Position numbers and translations under genes: made by a program
Notes under the pieces: generated by a model
Databases searched by the model: none
What the model was told of the DNA's origin: nothing
What the model saw: the letters and a program-made list of their open reading frames with translations, nothing else
In this document: positions 1-7,977 of the stretch, piece by piece
Layout: each line of letters opens with the position of its first letter
Numbering within the stretch: the stretch's first letter is position 1
Virus record (IMG/VR): IMGVR_UViG_3300005323_000090
Coordinates: 1 to 27,519 of that record
Direction: 5' to 3' (one strand)
DNA: 27,519 bases
DNA from: a virus
Lineage: Duplodnaviria > Caudoviricetes

Positions 1-15
1 CGGCATAAGAACACA

Positions 16-64
16 GGGGATGGTACCTTGTCGGATCCGTCCCCGAAGAGCCCCTTGCAGGGGC
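16..64 (+). other. Two GC-rich stem-loops 5' of the template repeat (probable structured part of the DGR RNA)
   Basis: GGGGATGG(16-23)/CCGTCCCC(37-44) with one G-U pair, and GCCCCT-TGC-AGGGGC (50-64). Confidence 0.5.
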
Positions 65-84
65 GTCAAGTGTGTAAGCAAAAG

Positions 85-192
85 GTTGCCTGGAATGAGC
101 GCAACGTGCGCGTGGTCAATTATGACAACGGCAACGTGAACTACAACGATAAGGACAACAGATATTATGTGCGGCCTGTCCGTCCCAGCCAG
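85..192 (+). repeat. DGR template repeat (TR), boundaries approximate
   Basis: The frame reads VAWNERNVRVVNYDNGNVNYNDKDNRYYVRPVRPSQ with 8 AAC/AAT codons. This matches the C-terminal VxxxxGxV...VRxVR pattern of C-type-lectin (DUF1566/Lcl-like) DGR targets. Confidence 0.88.
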
Positions 193-1249
193 CGGTTTAC
201 AGAATAATAGGTTCTCTTACAGGTATATAGATACTGCTTATCTCGATTGCCGGAAGAAGAAACGTAATACCTTTAACGCGCTAAAGTACGAGATAAGAGC
301 AGAGGAGAACAATATCAAGCTTGAGCAGGATCTCAAGAACCGGACTTACCATCCTTCGCGCTCGCTTCTTTTTGCCGCAAAGAAGCCAAAAGTAAGAGAG
401 ATATTCGCGGCTGACTTCCGCGATCGCATTGTGCACCACCTTTTGGTGAACGAATTAGAGCGTACATACGAACCGATATTTATTCATGACTCATATGCCT
501 GCCGTGACAAAAAGGGAACACACTCCGCAGTAGAACGCTTACAAAAATTCCAGCGTCAAATAACCGGAAACGGGCACATCCCCGCTTATTATCTCCAGCT
601 GGATATCAAGGACTTCTTCACTTCAATAGACAAAGAAGTGTTGTTTTTGATCATAAGACGAAAGGTTTCTGATCCTAATCTTCTTTGGCTTGCACGGACA
701 GTTCTTTTCTGGAACTGCACTAAATCATATGCTTTGAGAGGTAATAAGCAGTTGCTTTTTAATATACCACCCAATAAAAGCCTGTTTGGTAAGAATAACG
801 AAGAAGGGCTCCCGATCGGCAATCTCACAAGCCAGTATTTCGCAAATATCTACCTAAACGAACTGGATCAATACGCTAAGCATACCTTAAAGGCACATTA
901 CTACCTTCGTTATGTTGATGATTTTGTATTGCTTTCCCGAAGTTGCAATGAATTGCTTGATTGGAGATCAAAGATAGAGAGTTTTTTACATGACAACTTA
1001 AAATTACAACTACACCCTAAGCGGCGCAAACTTTTACCTATATCGAACGGTATTGACTTCTTGGGATATATCGTTAGGCCTCGTTATATTCTTGTGAGGA
1101 GGCGTGTTGTCAATAATCTAAAACAGAAAATCAGACATATCCGGAAAGGAGGTAGGTCTGCTGCAAAAGCTCAGTTGTTAACTTCTTATCTGGGGCATTT
1201 TCGATATGCGAACAGCTATCGATTAAAAGAGGCTGTTCTTAAATGGTAA
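167..1249 (+). CDS. DGR reverse transcriptase
   Basis: Motifs KVREIFAADFRDRIVHH, DSYACRDKKGTH, LQLDIKDFF, GLPIGNLTSQYFANIYL (DGR-type SQ), YLRYVDDFV and GIDFLGY. 360 aa with no intron endonuclease domain. The only in-frame ATG before the conserved region lies inside the TR. Confidence 0.93.
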   Translation: MCGLSVPASGLQNNRFSYRYIDTAYLDCRKKKRNTFNALKYEIRAEENNIKLEQDLKNRTYHPSRSLLFAAKKPKVREIFAADFRDRIVHHLLVNELERTYEPIFIHDSYACRDKKGTHSAVERLQKFQRQITGNGHIPAYYLQLDIKDFFTSIDKEVLFLIIRRKVSDPNLLWLARTVLFWNCTKSYALRGNKQLLFNIPPNKSLFGKNNEEGLPIGNLTSQYFANIYLNELDQYAKHTLKAHYYLRYVDDFVLLSRSCNELLDWRSKIESFLHDNLKLQLHPKRRKLLPISNGIDFLGYIVRPRYILVRRRVVNNLKQKIRHIRKGGRSAAKAQLLTSYLGHFRYANSYRLKEAVLKW

Positions 1250-1271
1250 GACAAAAAAAAGGGGGGGCATA

Positions 1272-1667
1272 ATGGCTTTAACACCGGAACAAATCCAGGA
1301 AATACGCGACTTGCGGCTTAACGGCAAAAAACAGCCAAAGGAAATAATCGCATTCTTCAAGGAGAAAGGGGTTGAGGTTAAAGGTTGGGAGGTGTCGTAT
1401 CACTGCCGCCCGGTAGGTAAAGCGACAGGGAAAAAGGCTCCCGCGAGAAAACCTGCGGTGGGGGGGGCGCCAATAGTACAGGGGGATCCAGACAAGATCA
1501 AAGCTCTGGTGGATCAGTTGCGCGCAGAACTTGACGCGTATGCCGGTTACGTTATCCGTAAGATCCGCGTTGAGTTGATAAAGGCGGTGGCCGCGGCGAG
1601 GCAGAAACGAATTGAAGCGGGTGAAGACCTGGAAGCTATACGAGAGGAGGAGTTGCTTGAAGCTTAA
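1272..1667 (+). CDS. Hypothetical protein, possible N-terminal HTH-like DNA-binding domain
   Basis: 131-aa ORF with G-rich RBS. N-terminus ALTPEQIQEIRDLR is HTH-like and the C-terminus is helical. Confidence 0.65.
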   Translation: MALTPEQIQEIRDLRLNGKKQPKEIIAFFKEKGVEVKGWEVSYHCRPVGKATGKKAPARKPAVGGAPIVQGDPDKIKALVDQLRAELDAYAGYVIRKIRVELIKAVAAARQKRIEAGEDLEAIREEELLEA

Positions 1668-1857
1668 AGATGTAACAAAAGGATCGTGGATAATCAATCG
1701 AAATATACCTGATGCTGCGCCCTGGTATGTATGTGGTAAGAACTCTGGAATGGTAATAATAAGGCGCGGCCCAAAGATTGGGAAACTCTTGGCATTGACT
1801 GCCGGTCAGCTAAGGGTTTTTGAAATGACAGGTAAACCGGACCATATAGGGAGCTAA
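1657..1857 (+). CDS. Small hypothetical protein
   Basis: TTG start at 1657 after GAGGAGG, overlapping the upstream stop, and it fills the gap to the next gene. Confidence 0.55.
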   Translation: MKLKDVTKGSWIINRNIPDAAPWYVCGKNSGMVIIRRGPKIGKLLALTAGQLRVFEMTGKPDHIGS

Positions 1858-1861
1858 CCGC

Positions 1862-2887
1862 ATGGCTTGGATTGAGAGCCATACAATACTGATCAGGCAC
1901 CGCAAGTTGATAGATCTCTCGCATGATCTGCGCCTGAGGCCGGTATACGTAATGGGGCACCTTCACGCGCTCTGGCACGCAGCCCTGGAGCAAGCCGAGG
2001 ACGGCGATTTGTCGCAATGGAGTGACGATTTTATAGCCTCTTCCGCTTGTTATCCCGGCAGCGCCCCTCAGTTCGTCTCGCTGCTCCAAAAACACCACTG
2101 GCTGGACGGTAAGATCATCCACGACTGGCTGGATTACTCCGGGAAGTACCTCGAAGCTAAGTACCGCAGCAGCAAGCCAGAGAGGTTAATAGCTATCTGG
2201 GCCAAACACGGTATTGAGTATACCAAGGCTTTTGGCAAACAGGTGAAGCCGGGTTGGATAGCTCTGCGCAAAGAAATACTTGAGAGAGATAACTATATTT
2301 GCCATTACTGCGGTAAAACATCTGACCATATGGAAGTAGATCACATTATCCCGGTAAATGAAGGTGGAACAGACGATCCTGTTAATCTTGTGGCGTGTTG
2401 TCGGAGTTGTAACCGTAAAAAAAGTGACAAGCCATATGAAAGCCAGACTAAAGCCAGTCCACCTAACCATACCTACCTAACCAACCAAACCAAAAACAAG
2501 TCTTCGACAGCCGAGGAACCGGCTGTTACTGTTAAGAATCCTGTGGATAACCCAGAGGTTAAACAGGCGATGGATGAGGTCTATCGAAGCGGCTTTAATA
2601 TATACGCCTTGGTTGGCAAGGTTAAGAAACGGTTGAGGTGGAATCCAGAACGTAAGTTCCCGGACAAGGTGATTTTGAGAGTATGCGCTGAATACAAGAC
2701 CTCCAAACCGGAGATAAAAGATCATTGGCCCTGGCTTGTTAAGGTCCTTAAGGCTGAAAGCGAGGCGTACTACGCTGAGGAGGCGCAGAAAGAGCACAAA
2801 CAGTTATCCGGTAGAGGCGGAGGACTAAGCCTTGCGGATATACTGTCAATATCGCAGAAAGGTGGTGTTTATGCCGGCGGAGATTAA
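1862..2887 (+). CDS. Phage replication initiator-like protein with internal HNH endonuclease domain
   Basis: N-terminus MAWIESH..HRKL..GHLHALW..IHDWLDY resembles phage replication proteins. HNH signature ERDNYICHYCG..EVDHIIP..GG..NLVACCRSCNRKK. Confidence 0.75.
   Translation: MAWIESHTILIRHRKLIDLSHDLRLRPVYVMGHLHALWHAALEQAEDGDLSQWSDDFIASSACYPGSAPQFVSLLQKHHWLDGKIIHDWLDYSGKYLEAKYRSSKPERLIAIWAKHGIEYTKAFGKQVKPGWIALRKEILERDNYICHYCGKTSDHMEVDHIIPVNEGGTDDPVNLVACCRSCNRKKSDKPYESQTKASPPNHTYLTNQTKNKSSTAEEPAVTVKNPVDNPEVKQAMDEVYRSGFNIYALVGKVKKRLRWNPERKFPDKVILRVCAEYKTSKPEIKDHWPWLVKVLKAESEAYYAEEAQKEHKQLSGRGGGLSLADILSISQKGGVYAGGD
2461..2550. promoter_or_regulatory. Candidate replication origin inside the initiator gene: ACC(T/A)A repeats plus DnaA box
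   Basis: ACCTAACCATACCTACCTAACCAACCAAACCAAAAAC (2461-2497), and TGTGGATAA (2542-2550), the reverse complement of the consensus DnaA box TTATCCACA. Confidence 0.5.
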
Positions 2888-3068
2888 GTTGTTAAACGGG
2901 ATATCGGTTACTGTGGAACCCAGCGGTAAAGCTACCGGCAAGTGCAGATACTGCGGGGCAGACATTTTGTGGTGTATAACTCCCAAAGGCAGAAGAATGC
3001 CGGTATCGCGGGACAAGGAAGGGTATTACGTTTGTCATCTGGCGGTTTGCAGGGAGAGGAAGAAATGA
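2871..3068 (+). CDS. Small zinc-finger-like phage protein
   Basis: ATG at 2871 after AAAGGTGGTG. CRYC...HLAVC motif. The stop overlaps the next ATG (ATGA). Confidence 0.7.
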   Translation: MPAEIKLLNGISVTVEPSGKATGKCRYCGADILWCITPKGRRMPVSRDKEGYYVCHLAVCRERKK

Positions 3069-4627
3069 GAGAGGTATACGCAGCAGATCTATTTTGTGGC
3101 GGAGGCGGGACCTCAAGCGGATTGAAGAAGGCCTGTGAGGCCCTTGGGCGGAAGCTTTGGCTGCTTGCAGTCAATCATTGGGACATCGCCATATCTACCC
3201 ACTCGCAGAACCACCCTTACGCCAGGCATATCTGCGAGACGCTTGATAGCGTAGATCCGCGTAAAGTAGTGCCCGGCGGCCGCCTTGATATTCTTTGGGC
3301 TTCTCCGGAATGCACGCATCATTCCCGCGCCCGCGGCGGTAAACCGTGTTCTGACCAATCCAGAGCGTCGGCCTGGCACGTTGTACGCTGGGCCGATGCT
3401 TTATATATCAAGAACATAATCGTAGAGAACGTCAAGGAGTTCCTATCCTGGGGGCCGCTGGGGGCTAATGGAAGGCCTTTAAAGAGCCGCCGGGGAGAGA
3501 CATTCCGGGCTTTTCTGACAGCCTTGGAGTCGCTTGGATACCGGGTAGACTACAGGATCCTTAACGCGGCGTATTATGGAGATCCTACGACCCGGGAAAG
3601 GTTATTTATTATCGCCCGGCGTGGCCGCAGGCCTATTGTATGGCCGGAGCCGACACATACGCCAAATGGTGAGGCTGGATTGTTCGGTAAGACAAAACGC
3701 TGGCGGACGGCCAGGGAAATTATCGATTGGAATATACCGGGGCAGAGCATCTATGAGCGTAAAAAGCCGCTTTCCCAGAACACCATGAACAGGATATATG
3801 CCGGAATGCGGAAGTTCTGCAGCAAAGAGCTCGAACCGTTCCTTATCCAGTTCTATGGAACGAATGACGCGCGGTCGATAAATCGCCCGGCGCCCACGGT
3901 TACGACAAGCGGTAATCATACGGGGTTATGCCAGCCGTTCCTTGTGGAGTATTACGGAAAAGGAAAGGCGCGCGGAGTGGATAAACCGCTTCCGGCACAG
4001 ACAACCAAGGACCGGATGGGGCTGTGTGAGCCTTTTCTCGTGAGGTTTAATAAGGGATATGATGGCTCTTCTATCGATAAGCCTACCCCGACGCTTACCA
4101 CAAAGGATAAGCTGGGGTTGTGTGAACCGTTTATTGTTGGCGCCGGTGGCCCGCGGGGAGCCGGTAAGCCGCGCGGAGTGGACAATCCACTTAATACAGT
4201 ATTGTCGGAATCACACTCAGCCTTGGTCCAACCTTTCTTGGTAGGCATAACGCAAACCGGAAGCAACGGCAATCGTATCCGTTCAGTAGACAAGCCAGTA
4301 CCAACAATCTACACAAAGGAAAAATTTGCACTTTGCGAACCATTTGTCCTTGGCCAGCAATCTTGCGCGGCGCCGCGGTTGGTCAATCAGCCGGTGCCCA
4401 CGGTCGCCGGTGCCGGTGCGATTGCGCTGGTCCAGCCGGAGATCTCCGGGTATAAACTTGACATACGTTTCCGTATGCTCCGGCCGCATGAATTGGCCAG
4501 GGCGATGTCCTTTGGAGATGATTATAAATTCTCCGGAAATCGGTCAGAGCAAGTGAAGCAGATAGGGAATGCCGTACCGGTTGAGACTGCCGCGGCATTG
4601 TGTAGGGAGGTGCTGAATGAAACTTAG
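3065..4627 (+). CDS. DNA (cytosine-5)-methyltransferase
   Basis: DLFCGGGG (motif I), ASPEC (IV), ENV (VI), RERLF (VIII) and QIGNAV (X). Start moved to ATG 3065, coupled to the upstream stop. Confidence 0.93.
   Translation: MREVYAADLFCGGGGTSSGLKKACEALGRKLWLLAVNHWDIAISTHSQNHPYARHICETLDSVDPRKVVPGGRLDILWASPECTHHSRARGGKPCSDQSRASAWHVVRWADALYIKNIIVENVKEFLSWGPLGANGRPLKSRRGETFRAFLTALESLGYRVDYRILNAAYYGDPTTRERLFIIARRGRRPIVWPEPTHTPNGEAGLFGKTKRWRTAREIIDWNIPGQSIYERKKPLSQNTMNRIYAGMRKFCSKELEPFLIQFYGTNDARSINRPAPTVTTSGNHTGLCQPFLVEYYGKGKARGVDKPLPAQTTKDRMGLCEPFLVRFNKGYDGSSIDKPTPTLTTKDKLGLCEPFIVGAGGPRGAGKPRGVDNPLNTVLSESHSALVQPFLVGITQTGSNGNRIRSVDKPVPTIYTKEKFALCEPFVLGQQSCAAPRLVNQPVPTVAGAGAIALVQPEISGYKLDIRFRMLRPHELARAMSFGDDYKFSGNRSEQVKQIGNAVPVETAAALCREVLNET
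3833..4432 (+). repeat. Six tandem ~32-36-aa repeats in the methyltransferase variable region
   Basis: Units of (E/Q)PF(L/I/V)...(S/G)(I/V)DxPxPTxTT...L(C/V) are visible in the translation. Confidence 0.85.
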
Positions 4628-5126
4628 GGAGAAGATTGAAAGATTACCACAAGAGAGCAGGCAACAGTTAGGCAATCTCGCCCCCAAAAGGATGTGGGAT
4701 AAAATACAAGAACTTATAAACGTAGTCAACGATCTTCGAGAAAGGAGAACACAGCCCATGTCAGTTTACTCCCTGCTTCGTCGAGTCGGAAGACTACCCA
4801 AAAAACGAAGCAAATATCACGCTATAAAGACCATCTGTGACGGAAAGTCCTTTGACAGCAAAAAAGAAAGCCGTGTCTATCTCAAGCTTTTAGAGCGTAA
4901 GCGGTGGGGAGAAATTAGGGATTTTCAGCGACAGGTAAAGTTTGAGCTGATTCCTGAGACCGACTATACAAGGCCGTGCCATTATATCGCCGACTTTGTT
5001 GTTATCAATACCGACGGCAGCAAAGAAGTGATAGACGTTAAATCATACGCTACAAAGACACGAGATTATGTGATAAAAAAGAAACTGATGTATTGGAGGC
5101 ACGGGATAAAGATCACGGAAATATAA
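4617..5126 (+). CDS. DUF1064-like PD-(D/E)xK nuclease family protein
   Basis: SKYHAIKTICDGKSFDSKKE..RQVKFELIP..YIADF..VIDVKS..YVIKKKLM. An alternative start at ATG 4758 has its own AAGGAG. Confidence 0.8.
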   Translation: MKLREKIERLPQESRQQLGNLAPKRMWDKIQELINVVNDLRERRTQPMSVYSLLRRVGRLPKKRSKYHAIKTICDGKSFDSKKESRVYLKLLERKRWGEIRDFQRQVKFELIPETDYTRPCHYIADFVVINTDGSKEVIDVKSYATKTRDYVIKKKLMYWRHGIKITEI

Positions 5127-5134
5127 AAAAGTTC

Positions 5135-5164
5135 TTGACAACTATGAACGCGCAGTCTTATAAT
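5135..5164 (+). promoter_or_regulatory. Sigma70-type promoter upstream of the packaging/structural operon
   Basis: TTGACA(5135-40)-N18-TATAAT(5159-64). The -10 is flanked by the inverted repeat ACGCGCAG/CTGCGCGT. Confidence 0.8.
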
Positions 5165-5207
5165 CTGCGCGTAGACAAATAAGCGGCAAAGACCGCTTCA
5201 GTTTCTT

Positions 5208-5245
5208 TAAGCCCGTTCCGCTATGCGGGGCGGGCTTATTTTTTT
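5208..5245 (+). terminator. Intrinsic terminator between the promoter and terS
   Basis: 14-bp stem TAAGCCCGTTCCGC-TAT-GCGGGGCGGGCTTA (2 G-U pairs) followed by T7. Confidence 0.85.
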
Positions 5246-5257
5246 GGAGTATAACGC

Positions 5258-5809
5258 ATGAGCACTAACACCAAGCCACTATCACCTAAACAGCTCCGTT
5301 TCTGCCGGGAATACGTTATCGATTACAACGGCACCCAGGCAGCGATCCGCTCCGGTTACTCCAAGAAAACCGCCAATGAACAATCCGCTCAACTCTTAGC
5401 AAAACTTAGTATCCAAGAAGAAGTCTCGCGCCTTAAATCTCTCCAGTATAAACGTCTGCAAATGTCTGCGGATGAGGTGCTTGCGGAGCTATCTTTGATC
5501 GCCAGAGCCGATCTTGCTCAGGCCTTTGAGCCAGATGGAAACCTGAAGCCTATCCATTCCATGCCTGATAGCATTCGCCGAGCCCTGTCCGGCATTGATA
5601 CGGAGGAGTTATTTGACGGACAAGGCGAAGAAAGAGAGATGGTCGGCTTCACGAAAAAGATCAAGCTTTTCGATAAGATCCGAGCGCTCGGTTACCTGGG
5701 GGAACATTTCGGCATGTTCAAAGGGGAGAATGCCGGTGGAGTGCAGATATTTACCCAGATGGGGGCTGTCAAGGTAGGGGGAAAAGAGCTCAAGATCGAA
5801 ATCGGTTAG
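5258..5809 (+). CDS. terS: Terminase small subunit
   Basis: LSPKQLRFCREYVIDYNGTQAAIRSGYSKKTA..LL..; KIKLFDKIRALGYLGEHFGMF. Confidence 0.93.
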   Translation: MSTNTKPLSPKQLRFCREYVIDYNGTQAAIRSGYSKKTANEQSAQLLAKLSIQEEVSRLKSLQYKRLQMSADEVLAELSLIARADLAQAFEPDGNLKPIHSMPDSIRRALSGIDTEELFDGQGEEREMVGFTKKIKLFDKIRALGYLGEHFGMFKGENAGGVQIFTQMGAVKVGGKELKIEIG

Positions 5810-5819
5810 GGGGCACAAA

Positions 5820-7157
5820 TTGGACAGTGTGACCCTTGAGGTCCCTGAAATACTGGCGGATATGCCGCCAAAGCTTTACCCGCTGCTTACGGAGATAAAC
5901 AAATACCGCTACTTCCTTGTGGAAGGCGGACGCGCGGGAGCGAAATCCCAAACCGTAGCGCGGTTATTATTATGGTTAGCAGAGCAGCTGAAACTTAGAA
6001 TCGTATGTGGCCGTGAGATACAGAACACAATCGATGAATCTGTATATGCTCTGCTTTCGGATCTGATTCTTGGGTACCATTTGTTCTTTGACACATACAA
6101 AAAGTACATAGTACACCGGGGAACCGGAACAAGGTTCACCTTCCGCGGGTTCCGGGAGCGCGGCGCGATAAACGTCAAGGGCATGGAAGGTATTGATGTC
6201 GTTTGGATAGATGAGGCCCAGGCAATAACTCCAACGACGTTAAAGGCATTGATACCTACTATCCGTAAAGAGCAAGCGAAAATATTTTTCTCAATGAACC
6301 GGCTCGTGCGGCATGACGCGGTTTACGACTTCTGCGTAGGGCGCCCGGATTGCCTGCATATCAAAATAAACTTCTATGATAACCCCAAGTGTCCGGAAAC
6401 AAGCAAAAAGGAAGCTGAAGAGTGTCGGATAAAGAGCGAAGATGACTATCGCCATATCTGGCTGGGTGAGCCGCTTGACAAATCGGAAGATTTTCTGTTC
6501 AGCATGGCCAAGCTGGACAAGGCAAAGATACTTCAGCCGTTCGGGGATTTGTTCGTGCCTCAAAAGGTAATGGCCGTTGATCTGGCTGGCGCCGGCGGCG
6601 CCTTTTGCGTAGGATCACTGCTTGAGCGCAAGAGTAATGTCCACTGGGCGTTAACTGATCAGCGCAGGTGGAGAGACGCCGACACGGATGCAAGCGTTGG
6701 TAAGACCATTGCCTTGAACAGCCTTTGGGGTCCGGACCTTGCGATAGTGGATAAAGGTGGGTTGGGGTATCCGATGTACGTAAGCATTTCCAAGTCGGTG
6801 CTGGATATCCAGGGATTTGATGGTGCAGGAGATGCCCGGGAAAAAAATTCCGGTAATCAACGGTCTGATGGATATCTTGCGCTTAACGATTATATAGACC
6901 AGGAATGGCTTATCCTGGGAAAGTACGACAGAGTTATAAAGCAGTTGGAGGGAATCAAGCGTAAATTCTTACGGGATGGCCGGGTATATATCCAATCCAA
7001 ACAGGAAATGCGCAACGAAGGAAAAGAGAGTCCTGATGACGCGGATTCGGTGATGATGGCGGTATATGCGATAAAGTACCTGCTGGGTAAGGTTCGCAGG
7101 ACAGGGGATAGCGCGCAGCAGACGATAAGACGCAAGAATGAACGGAGGTTGAGGTGA
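5820..7157 (+). CDS. terL: Terminase large subunit (PBSX-like ATPase)
   Basis: Walker A GGRAGAKS, CGREIQNTI, Walker B VVWIDEAQ, HIWLGEP, nuclease acidic motifs AVDLA and SPDDADS. TTG start. Confidence 0.93.
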   Translation: MDSVTLEVPEILADMPPKLYPLLTEINKYRYFLVEGGRAGAKSQTVARLLLWLAEQLKLRIVCGREIQNTIDESVYALLSDLILGYHLFFDTYKKYIVHRGTGTRFTFRGFRERGAINVKGMEGIDVVWIDEAQAITPTTLKALIPTIRKEQAKIFFSMNRLVRHDAVYDFCVGRPDCLHIKINFYDNPKCPETSKKEAEECRIKSEDDYRHIWLGEPLDKSEDFLFSMAKLDKAKILQPFGDLFVPQKVMAVDLAGAGGAFCVGSLLERKSNVHWALTDQRRWRDADTDASVGKTIALNSLWGPDLAIVDKGGLGYPMYVSISKSVLDIQGFDGAGDAREKNSGNQRSDGYLALNDYIDQEWLILGKYDRVIKQLEGIKRKFLRDGRVYIQSKQEMRNEGKESPDDADSVMMAVYAIKYLLGKVRRTGDSAQQTIRRKNERRLR

Positions 7158-7387
7158 GCGGAGATGTATGGGGTATAGATGTAGATTTATCGCTGGTCTC
7201 GGTTGAAGAGATCATGAAAGAGTTGTGGAAACGCTACGACACGTTGGTGTTTATGGGGCGGCGCAATCTCGGTAACGAGAATGACGAGATAGATTACAAG
7301 TTCAAAGATCAGGTAGGATGTCTCGGTCTGTTGCGCATAGCCGACACCAAGCTCAAAGAAGGTTATGGGAACTCACGGCCGAGATGA
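7154..7387 (+). CDS. Small hypothetical protein
   Basis: GTGA overlap with the terL stop and GAGG RBS. Confidence 0.65.
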   Translation: MSGDVWGIDVDLSLVSVEEIMKELWKRYDTLVFMGRRNLGNENDEIDYKFKDQVGCLGLLRIADTKLKEGYGNSRPR

Positions 7388-7770
7388 CATACCAACGCAC
7401 TTTTATCATCGTATTCAAGCAATGCGCGGTTACGCGCTGGTGGATGCACTTTATAGATAAACGGTTCAGTCATTGTTTTTTGATAACCGGGACTGCCGGC
7501 GGGGGAAGCATAATAATAGACCCGAGTGAAGGCGGGATGGCTATCTATGAGTGTTTAGAGAGCGCGGATGTGGTAGCCGGTAAGGCGAAGCAAAAGGGCT
7601 GCTATGCTGCGGCATATACGGTCCGTGTCAATGATATGAGCAGGCCGCACGTTAAGTTCCTCCGGACATGTGTAGGTATCTGCAAAGACTTTCTGGGGAT
7701 AGACAAATGGTGGATTGTAACCCCAAAGCAGCTGTACGAGGAGGTAAAGCAAAATGAGCGACGTATTTGA
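7384..7770 (+). CDS. Hypothetical protein, possible permuted papain-like (His before Cys) fold
   Basis: ATG 7384 overlaps the upstream stop. FSHCFLI...TCVGICKDFLGI..TPKQLY pattern. Confidence 0.55.
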   Translation: MTYQRTFIIVFKQCAVTRWWMHFIDKRFSHCFLITGTAGGGSIIIDPSEGGMAIYECLESADVVAGKAKQKGCYAAAYTVRVNDMSRPHVKFLRTCVGICKDFLGIDKWWIVTPKQLYEEVKQNERRI

Positions 7771-7975
7771 AAGCATCGGCGAACTGCTCGGGATGGATAA
7801 CAACGCGGCCGAGGATAATGCGGCCTCCACCGCGGAAGCGGAGGAAAACGTAAGCTCTGACTCGAGCAAGGCCAAGACTTTGCGCTCCGCGCTATATGCC
7901 ACCGCTGGCGGAAGCGCTGGGCAAGAACTATCTCTCGGTCAGGTGAGCCGCAGGGAAACCCTTTACGGGAATTGA
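7754..7975 (+). CDS. Small pre-portal virion protein (position of T7 gp7.3)
   Basis: 73 aa with GGAGG RBS, ends TLYGN, immediately before the portal as in T7-like phages. Confidence 0.6.
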   Translation: MSDVFESIGELLGMDNNAAEDNAASTAEAEENVSSDSSKAKTLRSALYATAGGSAGQELSLGQVSRRETLYGN

Positions 7976-7977
7976 CG

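Larger units (their letters stand above)
1..1249 (+). mobile_element. Diversity-generating retroelement (DGR), partial: spacer, template repeat and RT
   Basis: AAY-rich template repeat directly upstream of a DGR-class RT. The accessory gene (avd) and target gene are presumably upstream of base 1. Confidence 0.88.

Noticed and set aside
167-1249. RT as group II intron, retron or CRISPR-associated RT
   Set aside because: GNLTSQ motif, short length and adjacent AAY-rich TR indicate a DGR. No intron domain V or CRISPR array is visible.
2942-3064. N-terminal extension of the methyltransferase given in the ORF track
   Set aside because: It overlaps the 2871-3068 gene, and motif I follows ATG 3065, which is translationally coupled.
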